Part shown: in pieces, positions 54,757-62,517 of the stretch
Position numbering within the stretch: position 1 is the stretch's first letter
How the letters are laid out: each line of letters opens with the position of its first letter
From: Chitinophagaceae bacterium
GTDB taxonomy: Bacteria; Bacteroidota; Bacteroidia; Chitinophagales; Chitinophagaceae
Assembly (NCBI GenBank): GCA_025933935.1
Contig: JAICYZ010000001.1
Span: 1-62,517, forward strand
Length of the DNA stretch: 62,517 nucleotides
Reading direction: 5' to 3'
Made by a program: the position numbers and the translations under genes
Notes under the pieces: generated by a model
Database searches by the model: none
What the model was told of the DNA's origin: nothing
The model's input: the letters and a program-made list of their open reading frames with translations, nothing else

Positions 54757-56394
54757 ATGCCGAAAAAATTGTTTGTTCTAATTGCTTTTGTATTTACCGC
54801 TAATTTTCTTTTTGCCCAGCAGATAAAAAAAGACCAGAAGCCAAAACTGGTAGTAGGAATAGTAGTAGACCAAATGCGGTGGGATTATCTCTATCGTTAT
54901 TATGACCGTTACGGCGACGGTGGTTTTAAACGGCTGTTAAACGACGGTTTTTCCTGCGAAAACACATTTATCAATTACCTTCCTTCTTATACTGCGGTCG
55001 GCCACACAGTAATTTTTACCGGTTCTGTTCCGGCAATCGATGGAATTGTTGGAAATGACTGGATCGATCAAATTACCGGGAAAAGTTGGTACTGCACTGA
55101 AGACACTTCTGTACAAACCGTAGGCGCTCCCGGGAAAGCAGGCGAGATGTCGCCGGATAATTTGCTCGTTTCAACAATCACAGATGAGCTGCGGCTGGCT
55201 ACCAATTTTCGTTCCCGTGTGGTAGGGATTTCTTTGAAGGATCGGGCGGCGATTTTACCTGCCGGACATACAGCCAACGGAGCTTTTTGGTTTGATGATG
55301 CTTCAGGCCGGTTTATTACAAGCACTTATTACATGAAGGATTTGCCTGATTGGGCAAAAAAATTTAATTCAAATGATGAACCACAAAAGCTGCTTACAAA
55401 TGGTTGGAATACTTTATACCCAAAAGATACGTACAAACAAAGCAGTGAAGATAATGTGTCATGGGAAGGAAAATTTAAAGGAGAAAATGCACCCATATTT
55501 CCTCATGACATGAAAAATATTTATAAGGCTGACCCGGGAAGCATTCGAAGCACGCCTTTTGGGAATACCCTCACGCTTGATTTTGCCAAAGCAGCAGTAA
55601 ATGGATATAATCTTGGCAATGGAGGAGCGACGGATTTTCTCACCGTTAATTGCGCTTCTACTGATTATGTAGGTCATAAATATGGGCCTAATTCTATTGA
55701 AATAGAAGATACTTATTTGAGACTGGATAAGGATTTTGCTGCCTTTTTTAAATTTCTTGATGAAAAAGTAGGCAAAGGCAATTATCTTTTATTTCTTACA
55801 GCAGATCACGGGGCTGCACATGCCATTGGGTTTATGAAAGAGCATCGGATTCCAGCAGACTTTTTGGTTTCAAAAAAGATCGATGGGCCACTTAATGAAT
55901 TTCTAACAAAAAAATTCGGAACAGATAAACTAATATCCTCTTCAATTAATTACCATTTAAGTTTTGATTTAAAAAAAATTAGTGACAACAATCTGGATTA
56001 CGATGCGGTAAAGAAAGCGGCAGTTTCATTTTTGCAAAAACAGCCGGGAATTCAATTTGCTGTAGATATAGACAACATTGGATATGCACCAATACCAGAA
56101 CCGATCAAATCTATGATCATTAACGGATACAATACGAAGCGCTGCGGGCCGGTAATGATAATTCCTGATTCTGGTTGGTTCGGTGGCCGGGAAGGTAGTA
56201 CTGGTACTACTCATGGCAACTGGAATCCGTATGATACTCATATTCCATTGGTTTTTATGGGCTGGAAAATTAAACAAGGAACAACCAACCGGTATGTGCG
56301 CATGTCAGATATCTCTCCTACTATTGCAGCTTTATTGCATATTCAAATGCCCAATGGAAATGTAGGAGAAGCAATAGGAGAAGTGACGCGATAG
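54757..56394 (+). CDS. pafA: PafA-type alkaline phosphatase
   Basis: GIVVDQMR.DYL, SYTAVGH (Thr nucleophile), SLKDRAA, STDYVGH, LTADHG, GTTHG. Confidence 0.92.
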   Translation: MPKKLFVLIAFVFTANFLFAQQIKKDQKPKLVVGIVVDQMRWDYLYRYYDRYGDGGFKRLLNDGFSCENTFINYLPSYTAVGHTVIFTGSVPAIDGIVGNDWIDQITGKSWYCTEDTSVQTVGAPGKAGEMSPDNLLVSTITDELRLATNFRSRVVGISLKDRAAILPAGHTANGAFWFDDASGRFITSTYYMKDLPDWAKKFNSNDEPQKLLTNGWNTLYPKDTYKQSSEDNVSWEGKFKGENAPIFPHDMKNIYKADPGSIRSTPFGNTLTLDFAKAAVNGYNLGNGGATDFLTVNCASTDYVGHKYGPNSIEIEDTYLRLDKDFAAFFKFLDEKVGKGNYLLFLTADHGAAHAIGFMKEHRIPADFLVSKKIDGPLNEFLTKKFGTDKLISSSINYHLSFDLKKISDNNLDYDAVKKAAVSFLQKQPGIQFAVDIDNIGYAPIPEPIKSMIINGYNTKRCGPVMIIPDSGWFGGREGSTGTTHGNWNPYDTHIPLVFMGWKIKQGTTNRYVRMSDISPTIAALLHIQMPNGNVGEAIGEVTR

Positions 56395-56641
56395 GTTTGA
56401 AGGATTATTGAAAATGTTTAGATGATCGTTGACATTTGTTCTTTTTTTTAAGGATGCATTTGAACTAAAGCTTTTTTGTCGTTTGAGAAAAAGAAGGCAT
56501 AAAAAGGCATTCTTGACTTTCAATTAAAAACTGTAACAAGAGTTGCAGAAATTTGTATAATAGCCAGCTCAGATTAAAAAAGAAGATGACAAAAAGGATT
56601 TTTTTTATTCAAAAAGTCGTACATTTGGAAAAAGGAATAAA

Positions 56642-57163
56642 ATGAATCATCAGCCAAAAAAATTAAAACCATATCCTACAGAAGATGAATTACCATCTAT
56701 TTTGGAAGAAACTGCGATAGCTTATGGCACACAGCCATTTGAAACACTCAGGGTAATTTTGGGTGGAAATAAAAATTTGAAAAAATCGCTATCAGGAGAT
56801 TTTGATCTCATAAATCTATCGCGTGCCGGTATTAAAAAATCTACTCTAAAGTCGCTTGCTGAGTATCTTGGAATTAATATGGAAACAATGAGCCAGCTGT
56901 TGCATTCGTCTTATCGGAATATTCAAAGGAAAGACGAAGATGAATTACTGGATAGTCTGAAAACCGAAAAAGTTTTAGAACTGGCTGCCTTTGCACAAAG
57001 AGGTATTGAAGTAATTGGCGATAAAGATTCTTTTGCAGAATGGTTACAAAGTCCACTTGTTTCTCTTGGTAATAAAACTCCCCTGAATTTTTTAGATACC
57101 TCATTCGGTATTCAGATGCTTACTAAATTATTAGGCCGCGTAGAGCAAGGCGTTTATTCATAA
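56642..57163 (+). CDS. Xre/MbcA/ParS-family antitoxin
   Basis: HTH-like middle, TEKVL, WL..P..SLG...P..FLDT..G......LGR.EQGVYS; TACATTTG box at 56620-56627. Confidence 0.88.
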   Translation: MNHQPKKLKPYPTEDELPSILEETAIAYGTQPFETLRVILGGNKNLKKSLSGDFDLINLSRAGIKKSTLKSLAEYLGINMETMSQLLHSSYRNIQRKDEDELLDSLKTEKVLELAAFAQRGIEVIGDKDSFAEWLQSPLVSLGNKTPLNFLDTSFGIQMLTKLLGRVEQGVYS

Positions 57164-57183
57164 TAAGCTGCGCAACTTTTTCA

Positions 57184-57645
57184 ATGCAAATATATCGCAT
57201 AACACAGAAGGAATTTGCTGAAGATCTAAGTGGAAATGGTGCGAGGCTTTTTGGTGGCCGATGGAATAGTGAAGGGCTTTTTGCACTCTACGCTTCATCA
57301 TCAAGGTCATTGGCTTTGCTCGAAACACTTGCTCATACGCCGGCTAAAATGCTTGATGTAAGAGTATATCATCTTATCACGTTATCTGTTCCTGATAATA
57401 TATCGGCGCAAAAAATTTCGGTTAATAGCCTGCTGCCAGGCTGGGACGCACCGGATACGAGGCCATTCACAAAAAAAGCCGGAGACACCTTTCTTTCAAC
57501 CCAAAAAAGCCTTCTTCTTGAAGTCCCGAGTGTAATGATGCAGGAAGAAATAAATTATGTAATAAATCCTTTGCATCATGACATGAAGCAAGTAAAATTG
57601 ATACAAAAAAGGAGAATTTATTTTGATAAGCGAATAGCAATATAA
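57184..57645 (+). CDS. RES-domain toxin
   Basis: IYRI, LSGNGA..FGGRWNS.G, Y.S.S.SLALLE, L.VPS, NYVINP.H. Confidence 0.92.
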   Translation: MQIYRITQKEFAEDLSGNGARLFGGRWNSEGLFALYASSSRSLALLETLAHTPAKMLDVRVYHLITLSVPDNISAQKISVNSLLPGWDAPDTRPFTKKAGDTFLSTQKSLLLEVPSVMMQEEINYVINPLHHDMKQVKLIQKRRIYFDKRIAI

Positions 57646-57777
57646 ACTGAAAAAGAAATACAATGAAATTCGAAAATGAAAATCAGCATTGAAAGTTTGC
57701 CTACTGGAAGAGCCAATTCTAAAAGATTTGCATGTTATCCAATCTTCTTGCTTTCCAATCAATGGATTTTAAAAACG

Positions 57778-59532
57778 TTAACTCTCTCTTTTCCCCTCCA
57801 GCAACAATTGCAATGCATTTTCAAAATTTCCTGCAGCTGTCACTTCACCGGAATTCACAAAGAAAATTTCATCGGCATTCTCAATTGTATTCAGGCGATG
57901 CGCAATAATAACTTTGGTTGTGGAAACCGGTAATTTTTTTAAAATCTCTTCCAACAATTTTTCAGTAATCGTATCAATATTTGCAGTAGCTTCATCCAGG
58001 ATTAAAAGAGCGGGTTTCCGTAAAACTGCGCGGATAAAAGCAATCAGTTGTTTTTCTCCAAGACTCATAGAATCGCCACCAGAAACGATTTTTGTATCTA
58101 ATCCGTTTTCAAATCTATCAATTAAAGTTTCCAAATCACTGTCGCGAAGAACTTTATTTAATTGATCTTTATCCAACTTTTTATAAGCCTGGTTCCCATA
58201 CAAAATATTATCGCGAACAGATCCATTAAACAAAAATGGCTCCTGCAAAATAAATCCGATCTTGCTGGTTAATTCTTCCGCAGAATATGTTCTCAGATCC
58301 TTCCCTTCAAAAAAAACTTCTCCTTGCGTCGGGTCGTACAATCTAGCAATCAAAGAAGCAGTTGTTGTTTTCCCACCACCTGTAGGCCCTACAAAGGCAA
58401 CTGTTTGTCCTTTTTCCAGAGTAAAATTAATATCATGCAAAACTTTTTTCCCATCAGGATATTGAAAAGAAACATTTTTGAAAATCAACAATGGCGGGTT
58501 TGGAATTTTAATTGCATGACTTTGTATTTTTCTGCTCAGATTGGATTCTAAATTTAGAATAATTGATATCCTGTCCCAGGCTGCCATCGCAGTTTGAAAA
58601 CTTGCCCAAAGCGTTGCCAATTGTCGTAGGGGCTGATAAAAATATTGTACATATGCAATGAAACTAATCAACAATCCAATGGTGAAATTACCTTTAGAGA
58701 TCAAATAAATTCCAAAAGCAAGAACAATCAGCTGAGCAATATTTGAAAACAATGTGAATACAGGTACAAAAATATTATTGATCAGGCCGGCACTCACAGA
58801 GGCTTTGTAATTGGTAAGATTTGCAGCATGGAATTTTTTTCTGAAATAATCTCTCCTGTTGAATGCGACAATTGTTTTAAAATTTCCCAGGCTTTCCTGG
58901 ATTTCAGCACTCAGACCTCCGGTGCTTTTTAAACTTGCTGCATTCTTTTTTTTCACGATTGGTGAAATCACTTTGACGAATATTAAAATGAAAGCCGCCG
59001 GTATTAAAGCAGCAGCGCCAAGTTCGGCATGAATGGCCAAAAGAAATATGGCTGCTCCCGTCATCATAAAAATGCTGTCAACAAATTGCAAAAGCGATTG
59101 CGAAAAAAACTGATTTACCTTATCTGTATCGTTATTAATTCTTGAGATTAAATCCCCGGCTTTGTTTTGATTAAAAAAAGCGACAGGCAGACTTTGAATT
59201 TTGTTGAAAACCGCATTGCGCAGACTGTAAAGCATTCGTTGGCCAATGCTTCCCATTATTTTAGTCTGCAAATAATCTGTTGCGGCAGAGATGATATACA
59301 GTGCTAATAATATACCGGTAAAAGTGATTAATCCCCTGTACAATTTCGTCTGAATATAATGGTCAATTGTGTATCCGATCAAATAAGGGGTAAGCATTGC
59401 AATGCCAGAATTAAGTGCCATTACAATAAATGCAATGACGAGATTGCGCTTCTCTTCCTTCATGAATTCCAGCATTTTTTTTAATGCCGCTTTGGTTGAT
59501 GTTTTGTGTTCTATATTAAGATTGTAATCCAT
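57778..59532 (-). CDS. ABC exporter half-transporter (TMD+NBD), canonical Walker B/H-switch subunit
   Basis: GPTGGGKT, degenerate signature MSLGEKQ, LILDEATA.ID, IIAHRL. Confidence 0.93.
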   Translation of the reverse strand: MDYNLNIEHKTSTKAALKKMLEFMKEEKRNLVIAFIVMALNSGIAMLTPYLIGYTIDHYIQTKLYRGLITFTGILLALYIISAATDYLQTKIMGSIGQRMLYSLRNAVFNKIQSLPVAFFNQNKAGDLISRINNDTDKVNQFFSQSLLQFVDSIFMMTGAAIFLLAIHAELGAAALIPAAFILIFVKVISPIVKKKNAASLKSTGGLSAEIQESLGNFKTIVAFNRRDYFRKKFHAANLTNYKASVSAGLINNIFVPVFTLFSNIAQLIVLAFGIYLISKGNFTIGLLISFIAYVQYFYQPLRQLATLWASFQTAMAAWDRISIILNLESNLSRKIQSHAIKIPNPPLLIFKNVSFQYPDGKKVLHDINFTLEKGQTVAFVGPTGGGKTTTASLIARLYDPTQGEVFFEGKDLRTYSAEELTSKIGFILQEPFLFNGSVRDNILYGNQAYKKLDKDQLNKVLRDSDLETLIDRFENGLDTKIVSGGDSMSLGEKQLIAFIRAVLRKPALLILDEATANIDTITEKLLEEILKKLPVSTTKVIIAHRLNTIENADEIFFVNSGEVTAAGNFENALQLLLEGKRES

Positions 59533-59558
59533 TTTTGGATGCCATTTTTTTATAAAAA

Positions 59559-61301
59559 TTATGCTTCTGTCAAGTCCATAGTGCTTTTTTGCGAATGGTA
59601 AATCTGAACATATTCCGGAGAATGTTGCATCAGATAATCATGTTTACCGGTTGCGATCAATTCGCCTTCCATCAACACAATGATTTGATCATAATCTTTA
59701 ATAGGATCAATTTTTTGTGTTACTGAAACGACCGTCGTATCAGGATAATTTTCTCTGACGTTTTCAGAAATTTTTTGTTCAGTAAGTGTATCCACTCTTG
59801 CGGTAAAATCGTCCAGCAATAAAACTTTTGGATTAAGCGCCAATGCCCGGGCAAGCATGATCCGTTGCTTTTGTCCTCCTGAAAGGCTTGAACCTCGCTC
59901 TGATACAACGGTTTCTAATCCTTCAGGAAGCGTCTTTATGAAGTCGTTCAGTTCTGCTGTATCTATTGCTTTTTGCAAATCGCCTTCTGTCACTTCCGAA
60001 TTAAATGCAATGTTTTCACGAAGCGTCATATTGAAAATGATGCTGTCCTGAAAAACCAGGCCGATTTGTTTCAACAGTGCGTCGCGGTTGTAATCTGTTA
60101 TGTTTACATCATCATAAAAGATGGCACCTTCTGTTGGTTTTATCAGAGTAGTAAGTAAATAAAATAATTGACTTTTTCCAGCGGCAGTCGGGCCAATGAT
60201 TGCGTTTCTTGTTCCACCATTTATTTCAAAAGAAATATTTTTTAAAGCCGGATTTTCGCCATAAAAAACACTTACATTTTTTAAGCTGATGTTTCCGTTT
60301 ATTTCTTTGTTTACTGTGCCTTTATCCACAAAATCAGGAGATTCCAAGGTGGCATGAACGCGTTGATACGATGCTGAAGCACGTGCGATCACATTGCTCA
60401 TAAAACCAATCATAATTATCGGGAAAATAAGAATAGCAATGTAACTGTTGAACGCAGCAAATTCACCCAAAGTCATGCTGCCAAGGATTACAAAATGGCC
60501 ACCGACACCCAATACCGCAAGCCGTGCTAGATTCGAAGTCAAAACAATAATCGGAATCAGGGTGGCGAATAGTTTCAGAATAGACAAACCCAGATTTTTT
60601 GCTTCACCGCTTGCATCAATAAATTTATTGTACTCAGTGAACTGGGCATTCAACACCCTTATTAATGCCGCGCCTAAAATACTTTCATTGATTACTTTAT
60701 TAAGCCAGTCGATCACCTCCTGTGTTTTTCTGAATAGCGTTTTTACTTTTTTAAAGATGATAATAAAAGTACCGGCAATGATCGGGATCATCAACAAAAC
60801 CAGCAAACCCAGGTGCCAGTTGAGATTTAACAACAAGATGCTCGCTCCTATTATCAGCACCAAAGAAGAAACTATGGTTACGATTGCCTGCGCCACAAAC
60901 ATTTTAATAGCATCCACATCAGAAGTAAGATTAGTAAGAAGTTTAGCCGGGGTGGTTTGTTGAATGTATTGATAATCCTGCTCAGAAATCTTTGAAGAAA
61001 GTTTTTTTCGCATGTCGCGCGCCACTCTTTCCGAAGCATAAGTCTGGATGATGCTTTGAACATAAGAGAAAATAAAAATTAGAATCGCAGCAATCAAAAA
61101 CCACGTAACGATTCTTTGCATGTTGAAACTTCCTTTTGCAAAATCATCAATGCCGAATTGGATAATTTTCGGAATAACAAGATTGAGCCCGTTGCTCAAT
61201 AATGCAAAAAATAAAAGTGCACTGATCATTCCTGAATAAGGTTTCAGGATTTTAAAAATATTTGCTTTGGGCGGTTTCTGTTTTTTTTCTTTCGGCTTCA
61301 T
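59559..61301 (-). CDS. ABC exporter half-transporter (TMD+NBD), degenerate-site subunit
   Basis: GPTAAGKS, LSGGQKQR, Walker B LLLDD (E to D), H-switch replaced by Q (VTQK). Confidence 0.93.
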   Translation of the reverse strand: MKPKEKKQKPPKANIFKILKPYSGMISALLFFALLSNGLNLVIPKIIQFGIDDFAKGSFNMQRIVTWFLIAAILIFIFSYVQSIIQTYASERVARDMRKKLSSKISEQDYQYIQQTTPAKLLTNLTSDVDAIKMFVAQAIVTIVSSLVLIIGASILLLNLNWHLGLLVLLMIPIIAGTFIIIFKKVKTLFRKTQEVIDWLNKVINESILGAALIRVLNAQFTEYNKFIDASGEAKNLGLSILKLFATLIPIIVLTSNLARLAVLGVGGHFVILGSMTLGEFAAFNSYIAILIFPIIMIGFMSNVIARASASYQRVHATLESPDFVDKGTVNKEINGNISLKNVSVFYGENPALKNISFEINGGTRNAIIGPTAAGKSQLFYLLTTLIKPTEGAIFYDDVNITDYNRDALLKQIGLVFQDSIIFNMTLRENIAFNSEVTEGDLQKAIDTAELNDFIKTLPEGLETVVSERGSSLSGGQKQRIMLARALALNPKVLLLDDFTARVDTLTEQKISENVRENYPDTTVVSVTQKIDPIKDYDQIIVLMEGELIATGKHDYLMQHSPEYVQIYHSQKSTMDLTEA

Positions 61302-61466
61302 TCACCTTTTTTTTCGATGAGAAAAAATACATTCTGATGTTGTACTAATAAAATTTCAGACAGCAAAAGTAACCGGAAATAATTTTTAATGAACACGGCT
61401 TTTCGGTGAATGAAGGAATTAAAGCGGTAAGGATAATTTGGAGAAAGGGCAATGTCTGAGTCAGTC

Positions 61467-62234
61467 TTACACTTTTTCAATCCAGCTTGCCTGATATCTA
61501 ATCAACGCATCTTCCATCTGCTTAAAAATTTGTGCTTTTAATAAAGGAACATCATTCATCGTTAACCCTTCAGTAGAAGTTGTTGCAAGATATACGCCAC
61601 GACACCTTCCCGGATTCAAAGAAAATATACTTTTATAATTCAGGCGGTCGTAAGTATCTAAAAATAAAATCGGCTGTATAGGTTTCTGAGTTTCAATAGC
61701 AATTTTGAAAGCGCCATCGTAAAAGCTTTTTAGTGGCTGATGAGTCGTATTGAACGTTCCTTCAGGACAAATAAAAACAGAAATTTTTTGATGAATGAAG
61801 GCAATCAACTTAAGAATGCTTTTGGAACGTGCGTGCGGATTGTTGCGATCAACAGAAACGGTACCTCTTTTGTAAATTGAGCCGAACAATGGAATTTTAT
61901 TCATTTCGGCTTTTCCTAAAATGCGAATGTGTTGCTTCCTGATCACTTTCATCATCATTGGAATATCAAGATATGAAATATGATTGCTCACAAAAATATA
62001 TTCGGTATTTCGGTCAAAAGGCTCTTCATAGATATTCCAATGCTTTATGCCAAGCATAAAAAAAAACGCATCCGCCCAAAAGCGACAAAATTTATAAATA
62101 AGATTCCCGCCCTTGACCGGTTTTTGCAAAAAGGCCCATGCAAATAAAGGAAGCAAAATGAACATCCAAAGCAGAAAAACAACAAAGCCATAAATACTGA
62201 AACAAAACCTGAAAAACTTTCTAAAATTGTTCAT
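61467..62234 (-). CDS. plsC: 1-acyl-sn-glycerol-3-phosphate acyltransferase
   Basis: SNH.SYLD, KAE...IPLFG, V.VDR, PEGT, F..GAF..A. Confidence 0.88.
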   Translation of the reverse strand: MNNFRKFFRFCFSIYGFVVFLLWMFILLPLFAWAFLQKPVKGGNLIYKFCRFWADAFFFMLGIKHWNIYEEPFDRNTEYIFVSNHISYLDIPMMMKVIRKQHIRILGKAEMNKIPLFGSIYKRGTVSVDRNNPHARSKSILKLIAFIHQKISVFICPEGTFNTTHQPLKSFYDGAFKIAIETQKPIQPILFLDTYDRLNYKSIFSLNPGRCRGVYLATTSTEGLTMNDVPLLKAQIFKQMEDALIRYQASWIEKV

Positions 62235-62384
62235 TCATTAATTTTACCTTACGAAAGTAAAAAAAGCCCTTTTAATTTTACAAAAGCTTTATCTTTTAAA
62301 TGTTGGATTACAATATTTTATGTAAAAAATTGTAAAATGCAGTATTTAATTCAATTTAGTGTCAGAAATTATTCCAAATTCCCT

Positions 62385-62392
62385 TACATTTG
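62385..62392 (+). promoter_or_regulatory. -7 promoter box of rplU
   Basis: TACATTTG, 24 nt before the ATG. Confidence 0.65.
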
Positions 62393-62416
62393 CACTCCAA
62401 AAAAAATTGGAAAAGT

Positions 62417-62517
62417 ATGTTTGCTATAGTAAAAATCGCCGGTCAGCAATTTAAAGTAACGCCAGGCCAAAGTTTGTATGTACCACATCTTGCAGGAAAA
62501 CAAGGTGATCAGGTGGA
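62417..62517 (+). CDS. rplU: 50S ribosomal protein L21, 5' part (truncated by window end)
   Basis: Manual translation MFAIVKIAGQQFKVTPGQSLYVPHLAGKQGDQV. Confidence 0.9.
   Translation, partial: MFAIVKIAGQQFKVTPGQSLYVPHLAGKQGDQV

Noticed and set aside
57676-57933. 85-aa ORF after the second RES toxin as a third TA component
   Set aside because: More than half overlaps the ABC transporter gene on the opposite strand and it has no recognisable motif

Overview
AT-rich chromosomal segment of a Bacteroidota bacterium. Chitinophagaceae-like affiliation is inferred from gene content, protein style and many TAnnTTTG -7 promoter boxes. The window is mostly housekeeping: slyD-like PPIase, namZ, fmt, capD-like dehydratase, three tRNAs (Leu-GAG, Gly-GCC, Leu-TAA), pdxJ, sucC, ruvX/yqgF, mutS, purine nucleoside phosphorylase, dbpA-like helicase, aspartate aminotransferase, pdhB, pruA, pyrR, kdsA, pafA, a heterodimeric ABC exporter, plsC and the start of rplU. 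No integrase, transposase, phage gene or CRISPR array was recognised. Four things stand out. (1) A tightly coupled four-gene envelope operon: a secreted protein, an STN-bearing TonB-dependent receptor, a DUF4249-type lipoprotein, and an ~808-aa protein resembling a thioester-less mini alpha-2-macroglobulin with a TonB-plug-like insert. It is followed by a LytS/LytTR pair whose kinase appears to lack its periplasmic sensor. (2) Five type II toxin-antitoxin cassettes lie between core genes; all three RelE-superfamily toxins are broken while both Xre-RES modules are intact. (3) A consensus sigma-54 promoter precedes a secreted three-repeat protein with nine Asp-Thr O-glycosylation-type sequons, divergent from a Tyr/Gly/Asn-rich repeat protein. 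(4) An alpha-oxoamine synthase looks like a cysteate acyltransferase (sulfonolipid synthesis) rather than serine palmitoyltransferase. All family assignments are from motif recognition by eye; no database searches were run.
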